Assembly: GCA_964439405.1 (NCBI GenBank)
Contig: CAYTOC010000003.1
Span: 20,480-84,479 of the forward strand
Length of the DNA: 64,000 nucleotides
Reading direction: 5' to 3'
DNA from: an uncultured Candidatus Saccharibacteria bacterium
Lineage (GTDB): Bacteria; Patescibacteriota; Saccharimonadia; Saccharimonadales; UBA4665
Of the stretch, positions 36,648-45,200 are shown in pieces. The notes beneath the pieces are model-generated. The model saw only the letters and a program-made list of their open reading frames with translations, had not been told where the DNA came from and searched no databases. The stretch's first letter is position 1. Each line of letters starts with the position of its first letter. The position numbers were made by a program, and so were the translations under genes.

Positions 36648-36884
36648 CTAAAGAAACTTGATAAGCTCCAAGCCCTCTGGCTTTACGGTATTATCGACAA
36701 TACGCTGTAGCTTCTCCACCTTGTCCCTAAATTGCTGATGATTTCGCAAAATCGCATATAGACTGTCTTGCAGGTAGGTTCGTTGAGTGTCGTTCTGAGC
36801 CGACCAATAAAAATGACTTGGCTTGCCCAGGTCTTTTTTATTGGTTTGTGTTGATGTCTCGAACCTTCGACAGAGATTTTGCAT
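36648..36884 (-). CDS. 78-aa hypothetical protein next to attR (recombination directionality factor or regulator is speculation)
   Basis: ORF in the track. Its ATG directly abuts the TGA that would end the recombinase frame in the excised circle. Confidence 0.45.
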   Translation of the reverse strand: MQNLCRRFETSTQTNKKDLGKPSHFYWSAQNDTQRTYLQDSLYAILRNHQQFRDKVEKLQRIVDNTVKPEGLELIKFL

Positions 36885-36977
36885 TCAGCAAAATATCGTA
36901 GTCGATGGTACGGCGAAGTAAGAAAAGGAATGCGGATGCTTGCATTCGACCCATTTCTTGCGGAGGAGCGGAGCGAT

Positions 36978-36995
36978 GTCCTTTATCCCCGACCA
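36978..36995 (+). repeat. attR core GTCCTTTATCCCCGACCA (displaced tRNA-Pro 3' end)
   Basis: Identical to 31240-31257. There is no tRNA body upstream of it. Confidence 0.85.
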
Positions 36996-36997
36996 TA

Positions 36998-37035
36998 GAA
37001 AAAACGAGTTCAAGCGAACTCGTTTTTTCTTTTTT
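36998..37035. terminator. bidirectional intrinsic terminator (original tRNA-Pro terminator and terminator of the TM2 gene)
   Basis: AAAAAACGAGTTC-AAGC-GAACTCGTTTTTT hairpin. Confidence 0.8.
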
Positions 37036-37049
37036 AGTTGTCAGGGAAT

Positions 37050-37244
37050 TTATGCGTCTGCTTTGCCGAGACGGTAGGTCCAGATTAATGCATCGATAAG
37101 GTACCAGATGCCAAAGCCACCAAACGTTATAAGTTTCAGGATGCCAAGCCCAACTTCGCCCTTGTACATGCGGTCAGCCCCGATTATACCGACTGTCCAG
37201 CTAATAATTGTTCCTATGAGCAGGTATTTCCATTCTTTAGTCAT
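37050..37244 (-). CDS. TM2 domain protein
   Basis: GIIGADRMYKGEVGLGILKLITFGGFGIWYLIDAL is the canonical TM2 motif. AAGGAG SD. Confidence 0.85.
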   Translation of the reverse strand: MTKEWKYLLIGTIISWTVGIIGADRMYKGEVGLGILKLITFGGFGIWYLIDALIWTYRLGKADA

Positions 37245-37326
37245 CGTTTCAACTCCTTTTTATATAATTTGAGTGTACCATATGTCATTGTGAGTTTTAT
37301 TCGTAAGCTCAAGGTATACTGCAAGT

Positions 37327-38070
37327 ATGCAAGTGAGAGCTATCAAGACGCCAATTATTACAGCTGGAGCAGGAAAAACAATTGAGGATATTCTTGCGGA
37401 ATCATTATCGGCTGTCACGGATAAGTCCGTAATCGTCATTAGCTCTAAGATTGTTGCGCTGTGCGAAGGTGCAGTTGCACCACTTGAAGGAATCGACAAG
37501 GAGGAGCTCATTCGTAGCGAGGCAGATCTTTACCTTGACCCAAGCCTGAGTGTCTATGGTCATCACTTTACTGTTAAACACAATACACTCGTAGGATCAT
37601 CTGGCATTGATGAGTCGAACGGAGCAGATCACTATGTGCTCTGGCCGCGTGATCCGCAGGCCTCAGCAAATAAAATTCGTGCATGGTTGCGGGATACGTA
37701 CAACTTGCAAAGCGCGGGAGTTATCATTACGGATAGCACGAGCTATCCGATGCGCCGCGGCGCGATGGGAGTGGCAATTGCGCATAGCGGTTTTAAAGCG
37801 ATTGCATCATATATTGGCCAAAAGGATCTATTTGGCCGGGAGCTTAAACTTGAAACAGCCAACATAGCTGGCGGACTTGCTGCGGCAGCAGTGCTAGTAA
37901 TGGGCGAAGGCAGCGAGCAGACGCCAATTGCAATCATCAACGATGTTTCGTTTGTTGAATTTGACCAAGAGAGCCCAACAAAAGAGGAACTAGGATCTAC
38001 TTATTTATCTCTAGAAGCTGACCTCTTCTCGCCATTTTGGCAGCGTGTACCCTGGCAACAGAACGATTAG
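37327..38070 (+). CDS. CofE-like (F420-0:gamma-glutamyl ligase family) protein
   Basis: SSKIVALCEG, GIDESN, VIITDSTSYPMRRGAMGVAIAHSG and VMGEGSEQTPIAII. Confidence 0.8.
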   Translation: MQVRAIKTPIITAGAGKTIEDILAESLSAVTDKSVIVISSKIVALCEGAVAPLEGIDKEELIRSEADLYLDPSLSVYGHHFTVKHNTLVGSSGIDESNGADHYVLWPRDPQASANKIRAWLRDTYNLQSAGVIITDSTSYPMRRGAMGVAIAHSGFKAIASYIGQKDLFGRELKLETANIAGGLAAAAVLVMGEGSEQTPIAIINDVSFVEFDQESPTKEELGSTYLSLEADLFSPFWQRVPWQQND

Positions 38071-38075
38071 TGGTT

Positions 38076-38654
38076 CTATTTCAGTTCTACGATTGCACGA
38101 TCAGACTTGACGGCGTTTGGCTTCCAAATCAGATATTGGTGGCCTTCTTCTGTTGGTACTTCAAAAACAATTGGGCCGGACACCTTACCACCAGTCACGA
38201 GATCGCCTGAGTTGAGTGTATCCAGGCTGATAGAGATTGTGGGATCTAAGACTTGCCCGCTAGCCGTTTGTACTCGGAAGTCGTAAGGGTTGTATGACTT
38301 TGTACTGTCACTTGTATTCTCTATGGTAACGCTAACGACGATATACGTTTTGCCATCCGCAGCGGTTTCATATTCACCAAGGCTTGACTTGTATTCGGCG
38401 CTGTCTACAGTGAGTTTTACCCCATCAACTGTACCCGATTCGCCAACTGCGAACTCAACATCAGTGTTTTGCTTGTCAGCCCGATCATTAAAACGGTATG
38501 TTTTTTCTTCTGACGAACTCGTGCTGCTGCCCGTAGTACTGCCCTCATCATCACCGCTGCTTACTGCCGTAATAATTACTATTAGCAATATAATAGCCGC
38601 TAGTACAGTTAAAAATTTGTGGCGTTTAAACCAGTTTCCCTCTTTTGCTGACAT
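38076..38654 (-). CDS. DUF4352-like secreted or membrane-anchored protein
   Basis: TM anchor and Ser-rich linker, then GKTYIVVSVTIENTSDSTKSYNPYDFRV...GGKVSGPIVFEVP. Start set to ATG 38654 with a GAGGGG SD. Confidence 0.75.
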   Translation of the reverse strand: MSAKEGNWFKRHKFLTVLAAIILLIVIITAVSSGDDEGSTTGSSTSSSEEKTYRFNDRADKQNTDVEFAVGESGTVDGVKLTVDSAEYKSSLGEYETAADGKTYIVVSVTIENTSDSTKSYNPYDFRVQTASGQVLDPTISISLDTLNSGDLVTGGKVSGPIVFEVPTEEGHQYLIWKPNAVKSDRAIVELK

Positions 38655-38886
38655 CGATAGTCCCCTCATTAGTTTATGGGTTTAATTATTATCAATGTTA
38701 TAGATAAAAAGCAATAAAGTACGGACTTTTAGTCCGTAGACTTATATTCTATATGCTTGCGCCACAGCGGGAATCGGCGCGCGACAAAAGCTCGGAAGGT
38801 ACTTTGTGTGCCGCCGCCGCATACGGTTGAAAGCCTGACGACTTCTGCTGACGATCTGTCAGATCATCTTGCGGTAACGATAACTA

Positions 38887-39609
38887 TTAGATAAGACGCT
38901 TGCGCATAGCGCCGAGCGAAATTGTGGCGAGTGAATCTTCAAGTGTTGCCAGCTCGGGGGATTCACCGCGGTTTATGAGCGCCTGTGCGATTAATTCATC
39001 CGCCAGCGCGGGATTCTTCGGGAGCACTGAGCCATGCAAATAGCTACCGATAGTATTCTTATAGCGAGCACCTTCGGTTTTATCCTCACCGTTATTGCCA
39101 AAGCCAGATAATACGGTGCCGAGCGGCTGTTGGTCGTTTTTTAGCCATGTCTGCCCGCTGTGGTTTTCGTAGCCGATAATCTGCCCGAGTGGTGTATCAA
39201 TGAGTGCGTTACCGATAAGACGCTTCTGTCCGCCAATGGTTTCGGCGTCAAAAATACCAATGCCAGGTAGCTCTTCGCCGGTGTTTGTTACAAAACGGTG
39301 ACCAAACAGCTGGTACGTGCCGCAAATAACAATCATTGGCACGCCCGCGTCCGCTAGTTTATGCAGGCTACTGCCAATTTTTTGTAAATCTTCACATACT
39401 TTTAATTGTCCTGAGTCTTGGCCGCCGCCGCCCACAATAATATCCGGCCTATGTGCAAAAACTTCGCCGGGATGGTGGTATACAACCTCTGCCTCATAGC
39501 CGCGCCATTCTAGCCGGCGCTGTAATGCTAACACATTGCCGGTGTCGCTATAAATGTTCATTTCATTTGGGTAGAGATACAGAATTTGAAGTTTGCTATT
39601 TTTACTCAT
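38887..39609 (-). CDS. gatD: lipid II isoglutaminyl synthase, glutaminase subunit GatD
   Basis: CobQ-type GATase pattern (ICGTYQLFG, GYENHSG). Immediately downstream of murT. Confidence 0.85.
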   Translation of the reverse strand: MSKNSKLQILYLYPNEMNIYSDTGNVLALQRRLEWRGYEAEVVYHHPGEVFAHRPDIIVGGGGQDSGQLKVCEDLQKIGSSLHKLADAGVPMIVICGTYQLFGHRFVTNTGEELPGIGIFDAETIGGQKRLIGNALIDTPLGQIIGYENHSGQTWLKNDQQPLGTVLSGFGNNGEDKTEGARYKNTIGSYLHGSVLPKNPALADELIAQALINRGESPELATLEDSLATISLGAMRKRLI

Positions 39610-40879
39610 CGTAATCTCCGTGTTCTGGTCGCCCAAGCAGCGCTCGTAGTGCCAACATGGCGGTGTAATTAGCGTAGATGCGCTTTGGCGATTTTGATGG
39701 TATGCCGAGTAGCGCGGTCAGTGCTTTCTTCAGATTTGGTTCAATGAGGCGCGTTTCGACATTATCATATTGCAAGCGTAGCGCCATATCGCTGGCGCGC
39801 TTGCCGCTCGTGACGGCAACGCCTCGTTTTTGTAGTGAGTTAAAATCTACATCCCAAAGCCAGGAAATGTCACGCCCGTCCGGATCATTGTCGTTGATAG
39901 CAATCATGGTTGGGGCATCACCTCTGAAGGAGAGCAATGCTTGGCGAAAGCCTGCAGGATTTTTGATCAGCAACAGCTCAACCTGCTGGCCGTCCTTTTC
40001 AAGGATTTCACCACGGCCAAATGCGGGAGTAATTGCCGATAACTGCGTCAGGATTGTTCCTGGCGTAACGTCAGGAAGAAGCACGCGCAAAAGCGCCAGC
40101 GCGGCCGCGGCGTTTTGAAAATTGTACTGGCCGACTAGCTGCAATTGCGTAGTCTCGGTGTCGCTACCAAATGCGTACGTTACGTTCTGCCCATCAAAAT
40201 CAACGAGTTCAACGGCCAGCGGTTGAGTATTTTCATAATGCTGAACTGTACCAACAGCAGCAATTTCCTCATCAGTCGGGAATAGCTTTCGAAGCTTTTT
40301 TGATACGCCAAAATACTTAACTGGCACGGTCAATGTTTGAGCAATCTCTGAAAGGTGCCTATCGTCACCATTAACAATGACGGCTTTAGCGGCACGCTGC
40401 ATACTAACACCTATAAGCTTAGCTGTCGTATCAATTTCACCAAAGCGATCAAGTTGATCACGCATGACATTCAACGCCACAACATATGTAGGCTGTACCT
40501 TTTCGACAAACTTTTTAGCGTATGCTTCGTCGAGTTCGATAACAGCGATATCATGCTCGAGTGCTTTGCCTATGGCTACTTCAGAAGTGACGCTCGCTAC
40601 GATGCCGCGCGTGAAGTTACTGCCAGTCTTGTTGGTCAGTACTCGCTTGCCATTTGCTCGAAGCAAATCAGTTATCACTTTTGTCGTAGTTGTTTTGCCA
40701 TTAGTGCCCGTGACAATCACTACCCCGTCTGGCAGAGAACCGAGCGTTTTTTGCAGGAAGTCTGGCATGATTTTTTCAATAACCAGGCCAGGGAGTGCGG
40801 CGCCATTGCCGCCGGTGAGTCTGCTGAGTTTGCGAACGGCCTTGCCAACTATAACTGCGCTTGCTGTGCGAAAATCCAT
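39602..40879 (-). CDS. murT: lipid II isoglutaminyl synthase, Mur-ligase-like subunit MurT
   Basis: VTGTNGKTTTTKVI and a C-terminal DUF1727-like RDISWLWDVDF. Confidence 0.88.
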   Translation of the reverse strand: MDFRTASAVIVGKAVRKLSRLTGGNGAALPGLVIEKIMPDFLQKTLGSLPDGVVIVTGTNGKTTTTKVITDLLRANGKRVLTNKTGSNFTRGIVASVTSEVAIGKALEHDIAVIELDEAYAKKFVEKVQPTYVVALNVMRDQLDRFGEIDTTAKLIGVSMQRAAKAVIVNGDDRHLSEIAQTLTVPVKYFGVSKKLRKLFPTDEEIAAVGTVQHYENTQPLAVELVDFDGQNVTYAFGSDTETTQLQLVGQYNFQNAAAALALLRVLLPDVTPGTILTQLSAITPAFGRGEILEKDGQQVELLLIKNPAGFRQALLSFRGDAPTMIAINDNDPDGRDISWLWDVDFNSLQKRGVAVTSGKRASDMALRLQYDNVETRLIEPNLKKALTALLGIPSKSPKRIYANYTAMLALRALLGRPEHGDYDE

Positions 40880-40931
40880 TGCTATTAGTATACGTTAGTT
40901 TTCGTGCACTGGAGTACAATATACATTTAGA

Positions 40932-41579
40932 ATGCTCTCGCTTATTATCGCCTCGGTCGTTGTATTTGCTTTGTTACTTATTGGTGAGTACTTCTCGCGT
41001 CACCGTAAAAAACAGCACTCTGAAATCAGCCGTAAGTTCGTACATATCACTGTCGGTAGCTTCGTGGCGTTATGGCCACTTTTTCTTAGCTGGAATCAGA
41101 TCATACTGATGAGCGCGGCCTTTTTAGCGGCGGTTATTATTTCGCACAAATTTCATATTTTTAGTGCTATCCATACAGTGCAGCGTCCAACATGGGGAGA
41201 AATGTTTTTTGCCGCAGTGGTCGGGTTACTTGCGTTAATCACGCATGACGGTTGGATTTTTGCGGCAGCGATTTTACATATGAGTTTAGCTGATGGCTTT
41301 GCTGCTATTGTCGGTATGCGATACGGCAAAAAGCAGTACCGGTATACCGTATTCGGTCATATAAAAAGCGTTTTTGGCAGCATGACCTTTGCGGGGATAT
41401 CAATCTTGATTCTGGTCGGCTATATTATTGGATCAGGGCATGAGTTGCCACTGTTGGCGCTGCTCGGCATAACGACCATTGCGACCGTGCTAGAGAATAT
41501 AAGTGTGCGAGGACTTGATAATCTTACAGTGCCACTCTTCGTTGCATTTGTACTAGAACGCATAAACACTTTACAATAG
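40932..41579 (+). CDS. polyprenol/dolichol/phytol-kinase-family (CTP-dependent) membrane protein
   Basis: 6 TM segments. SRKFVHITVGSF and ADGFAAIVGMRYGK patterns. Confidence 0.6.
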   Translation: MLSLIIASVVVFALLLIGEYFSRHRKKQHSEISRKFVHITVGSFVALWPLFLSWNQIILMSAAFLAAVIISHKFHIFSAIHTVQRPTWGEMFFAAVVGLLALITHDGWIFAAAILHMSLADGFAAIVGMRYGKKQYRYTVFGHIKSVFGSMTFAGISILILVGYIIGSGHELPLLALLGITTIATVLENISVRGLDNLTVPLFVAFVLERINTLQ

Positions 41580-41586
41580 AAGCAAT

Positions 41587-41958
41587 ATGATTCTTGACTT
41601 CTTCTCATGGTGGTACGGGACAGGTATAAAGCAGGTTGCAAAGCAGACTGATAAGCGAGCACTTGGGGTGCTGGACGATTTTTCAGTGGGTTTACTAGCG
41701 CGGACATGGTTTGCACCGTTTCGCCAAATTGACGCAGGTAATGTGCGCGGGTCAATGTCTGTACAATTTCAGGCTTGGTTTGGACGTACGTTTTCGCGAT
41801 TCTTTGGCGCGGGTCTGCGTACTATCATGATTATTACAGGGCTTACGGCTGCTACACTAACATGGTTATTTGGTGTGCTATGGTTGCTTATCTGGCCACT
41901 CCTTCCAGTATTGCCCATTCTTGGCGCTATAGCGTGGCTCGCAGGGGTTGCTGTATGA
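41587..41958 (+). CDS. small polytopic membrane protein
   Basis: ATGA overlap with the downstream AAA+ gene. Confidence 0.5.
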   Translation: MILDFFSWWYGTGIKQVAKQTDKRALGVLDDFSVGLLARTWFAPFRQIDAGNVRGSMSVQFQAWFGRTFSRFFGAGLRTIMIITGLTAATLTWLFGVLWLLIWPLLPVLPILGAIAWLAGVAV

Positions 41959-44357
41959 GTGCGGAATTCGTCTACGAAAGTACGCGAGCACGCCAAGCGC
42001 GACTTGGCCGCATATTTGGTGAGCCTGTGCTTAACATACTACTTCGTGTCATAGCAGCGGCTGCTTTTCTGGGCGGCGCGTTTCTTGTCGTGGACGGACA
42101 AGCGCTGGGCTGGCTTGTGCTAAGCACTTCAGGGCCCCTATTGGCGATGGCATTCTGGGGGATTGCACTCAAGAATGTGCCGATTGCCAAGGGAGATTCA
42201 GTCGATGCACTACTTGATACTAGCCTGCTTGCGCAGTTACCGAAGAATCCTACACCAAAGCAAATTGCAGAGGTTGTAGTAAGGCAGCCTGGCGGTCTTT
42301 TTTTTGCAAGCAGATTTATGCTGGGCACTGAGTTCATCGTGCACATTGCCAGTGATACTACTGATGATGCAGCAGTCGTCTGGCAAAAGGCCGAAGAGTT
42401 GCGTCTGCAGACAAACGCAGCACAGATTACTAGTGGTGCGGTCACGGCAGCGATTATTCTGACGAGTCCTGATATCAATCAATTTTTAGCGCATGCAGGG
42501 CTGAGCAGTGAAGATATTACGGAGGGTGCTCAGTGGTTGGCGCATATTGAACAGCTGCGTGCGGAACTAAGAGATAAGAAACGTCGTCCTGGCGGTATTG
42601 GTCGCGACTGGGCATTTGGGTTCACACCGTTGCTTGAGCGGTTTGGTCACAACATCAGTGAGGGCATTGCTGGTGGCGGTTTGCTGGCGCGCAAGCTTGA
42701 GGGCAGGTCACAAACATTGAAGCAGGTAGCGAGTATTTTGTCGCAGACCGGCAGACGTAATGTTGTACTTGTTGGGCAACTTGGAAGTGGCAAGACAAAG
42801 CTCGTGCATATGTTGGCCGAAACGCTGCTTTCTCCAGATGGTACGGTACCGCAATCGCTCCGCTACAACCAGATTGTAGCACTGGACGCGTCAACACTCA
42901 TCAGTAGCGCACAGGGTCGTGGCCAATTGGAAGATTTAGTGCTGCGTTTGGCTGGCGAAGCGCTGCATGCCAAGAATATTATTTTGTTCCTTGATGATGC
43001 GCACCTATTCTTTGAAGAGGGTAATGGTTCGGTTGACTTAACGACCGTACTGACGCCAATTCTCGATGGCGGGGCGCTAAAGCTCATTATGGCTGTCGAT
43101 GAACAACGTTGGACACAGATCGCGCAGCGTAACAGCAGCTTGGTGCAGTATCTCAACCGCGTGGTTGTGCAACCTGCGGGCAAGCAAGAAACACGTGAAG
43201 TTATGCATAACCAAGCAATTTTGTTTGAGCATCAGTACGGTGTGCTCTACACCTACCAGGCGATTGAAGCGGCATATGATTTAAGCAGCCGTTACATCGG
43301 CGAGCAGGTGATGCCTGGCCGAGCACTCAGCGTTATGGAGTCGGCGGCACATTTTGCCGAGGAAAAGCTCATTACGCGAAAATCGATTGAGCAAGCCATC
43401 GAGCAAACGCGCGGCGTTAAGGTCAGCACAGCTGATACGGCAGCAGAGCGTGATACGCTGTTAAATCTTGAAGACCGTATTCATGAGCGTATGATTAACC
43501 AATCGTATGCAGTCAAAGCCGTTAGTGACGCACTGCGCCGCGCGCGGGCTGGTGTACGCAATACTGAGCGGCCGATTGGTACATTCTTGTTCCTTGGGCC
43601 AACAGGCGTAGGTAAGACAGAGCTGGCGAAGTCTATTGCGGCAGTCTTTTTTGGTAGCGAACAAAGCCTGGTGCGCCTAGACTTGAACGAATACGTGCGC
43701 TCAGAAGATGTGGCGCGTTTGATTGCTGACCCTGCGCAAGATTCGCATAGTTTAACGGCACAAATCGCACGTAATCCATTTAGCGTGGTGCTACTCGATG
43801 AGATTGAGAAAGCCCATCCGGAAGTGTTAAATACGCTCTTGCAGCTTTTAGATGAGGGCATTTTGCGCGACATTAACAACCGCGAAGTCAGCTTCCGTGA
43901 TAGCGTAATTATTGCCACGAGTAATGCTGGTGCAGAGAAAATCATCGCGCATATTCAATCGGGTGATGCGCTTGAGCAATTTGAAGAGCGCTTTACGAGT
44001 GAGCTGATCGAGGGCGGGGTGTTCAAGCCGGAATTCTTAAACCGCTTTGATGAAATTACGCTGTTCCGCCCACTGACACCAGATGAGCTGAAGCAGGTTG
44101 TTGACTTGATTCTGCAGGGCGTGAATAAGAATTTGACTGCGCAAAAGCTCACAGTTGCGGTGGATGAAGACGCTAAAGCTTTGCTGGTTGAAACAGGCAA
44201 TGACCCGCGCCTTGGTGCGCGCCCCATGCGCCGCATTGTGCAGAAAACCGTTGAAAACATTGTGGCCGATAAAGTCCTTCGCCAGGAAGCGATGCCTGGC
44301 AGTACTATAACCATCACTCGCGCTGACATCGCCGCCATCCTCGAAAAGCAAATCTAG
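41955..44357 (+). CDS. Clp/Hsp100-like double-AAA+ ATPase with two N-terminal TM helices
   Basis: D1 has GQLGSGKT and ILFLDDAH. D2 has FLFLGPTGVGKTELAK, VVLLDEIEKAH and GARPMRR. Start set to ATG 41955; the listed start is 41775. Confidence 0.85.
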   Translation: MSAEFVYESTRARQARLGRIFGEPVLNILLRVIAAAAFLGGAFLVVDGQALGWLVLSTSGPLLAMAFWGIALKNVPIAKGDSVDALLDTSLLAQLPKNPTPKQIAEVVVRQPGGLFFASRFMLGTEFIVHIASDTTDDAAVVWQKAEELRLQTNAAQITSGAVTAAIILTSPDINQFLAHAGLSSEDITEGAQWLAHIEQLRAELRDKKRRPGGIGRDWAFGFTPLLERFGHNISEGIAGGGLLARKLEGRSQTLKQVASILSQTGRRNVVLVGQLGSGKTKLVHMLAETLLSPDGTVPQSLRYNQIVALDASTLISSAQGRGQLEDLVLRLAGEALHAKNIILFLDDAHLFFEEGNGSVDLTTVLTPILDGGALKLIMAVDEQRWTQIAQRNSSLVQYLNRVVVQPAGKQETREVMHNQAILFEHQYGVLYTYQAIEAAYDLSSRYIGEQVMPGRALSVMESAAHFAEEKLITRKSIEQAIEQTRGVKVSTADTAAERDTLLNLEDRIHERMINQSYAVKAVSDALRRARAGVRNTERPIGTFLFLGPTGVGKTELAKSIAAVFFGSEQSLVRLDLNEYVRSEDVARLIADPAQDSHSLTAQIARNPFSVVLLDEIEKAHPEVLNTLLQLLDEGILRDINNREVSFRDSVIIATSNAGAEKIIAHIQSGDALEQFEERFTSELIEGGVFKPEFLNRFDEITLFRPLTPDELKQVVDLILQGVNKNLTAQKLTVAVDEDAKALLVETGNDPRLGARPMRRIVQKTVENIVADKVLRQEAMPGSTITITRADIAAILEKQI

Positions 44358-44911
44358 ATACCGGTGTAGCTCAAGAGTAATATAGGTGTGAAAAACACCG
44401 CAAAATATACTGATTGAATAATGAGAAAATTGTGCGGTCTTCCGTTTGCCCGTATGACCACATACGTGCACCACAGCATAATGAGTAGGGCTGCTAGGGT
44501 AACAATCTTCGCAGGAATAGAAACGCCCTCAACCGCTAATAGCAGGACAAGGATGGGCAATAGCAAGATGCCGGAAAGTCCCGCAAAAGTTCGATGCCAC
44601 GCGCTCTTTGAACCACTAGTTTCCGGTACGAATGTACATGCCAGCTGAAACAGTGCAGCCAAGATTATGAGTATGTTTATAGCAGCCGGTGCTGCAAATG
44701 TTGGCGTAAACCACCCTACGAAGAATGCAACCAGAAGCGGCAATGCAATTGCAAAGAGTGCGACGTAATATATAACAGAGCTGCGTTTCCTGGCAATATG
44801 TTGGCTGAAAGTATGGTTTCTTGAAAGTGGCCAGCGGCGCGGAATGTAGGCGAGTCCTATCGCGAGTATTGTTACTGCAACAATGCCAAAATATTGATAA
44901 GTCACGCCCAT
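44354..44911 (-). CDS. polytopic membrane protein
   Basis: Start set to ATG 44911. The listed N-terminal extension is the antisense of tRNA-His. Confidence 0.6.
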   Translation of the reverse strand: MGVTYQYFGIVAVTILAIGLAYIPRRWPLSRNHTFSQHIARKRSSVIYYVALFAIALPLLVAFFVGWFTPTFAAPAAINILIILAALFQLACTFVPETSGSKSAWHRTFAGLSGILLLPILVLLLAVEGVSIPAKIVTLAALLIMLWCTYVVIRANGRPHNFLIIQSVYFAVFFTPILLLSYTGI

Positions 44912-44922
44912 AGTGTACCAAA

Positions 44923-44949
44923 CAAAAAACCGACCTTTACGGGTCGGTA
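44923..44949 (-). terminator. intrinsic terminator after tRNA-His
   Basis: ACCGACC/GGTCGGT stem with a T-run on the minus strand. Confidence 0.6.
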
Positions 44950-44956
44950 CTTTGTA

Positions 44957-45034
44957 TGGGGTGCCTAAAGGGACTTGAACCCTCGATCTCCGGAACCACA
45001 ACCCGGCGCTTTAACCAACTAAGCTATAGGCACC
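44957..45034 (-). tRNA. tRNA-His(GUG) with encoded G-1 and CCA
   Basis: Reverse complement reads G-GTGCCTA...CCGGG-TTGTGGT-TCCGG...TAGGCAC-C-CCA. Confidence 0.93.
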
Positions 45035-45200
45035 GTAATGAGACAAAACCTACGGTTTTTTCTCATCGGTCAGTCGGCAAAGCCGAGTTTGCTATGCAAA
45101 CCAAGCTGACCTGCTCTTTTTCCCTGAAGAACATAAGAACAGGGGTGATTATACTCGAAAATCACTTATCGTACAAGCCGGCTAGACATAACCTGATTGG

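Larger units (their letters stand above)
31240..36995. mobile_element. integrated element (~5.7 kb) in the tRNA-Pro 3' end, with serine recombinase and cargo
   Basis: 18-bp direct repeats at both ends, recombinase adjacent to attL, and a displaced tRNA 3' end plus terminator at attR. Looks more AT-rich than the flanks by eye (not computed). Confidence 0.8.

Noticed and set aside
36905-37099. 64-aa plus-strand ORF spanning attR and the terminator, and the 81-aa ORF at 36166-36411.
   Set aside because: Both run through an att core/terminator hairpin or the OLD promoter region, and neither has start signals. Judged spurious.
38670-38886. GC-rich ~130-nt stretch between gatD and the DUF4352 gene, considered as a possible small RNA (RNase P, SRP or tmRNA).
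   Set aside because: None of the conserved motifs of those RNAs is present. I found only short hairpins consistent with a terminator (38729-38750) and a promoter region.
44912-45001. N-terminal extension of the 215-aa minus-strand ORF (MWFRRSRVQVPLGTPYKV...).
   Set aside because: It is the antisense translation of tRNA-His and its terminator. The real start is ATG 44911.
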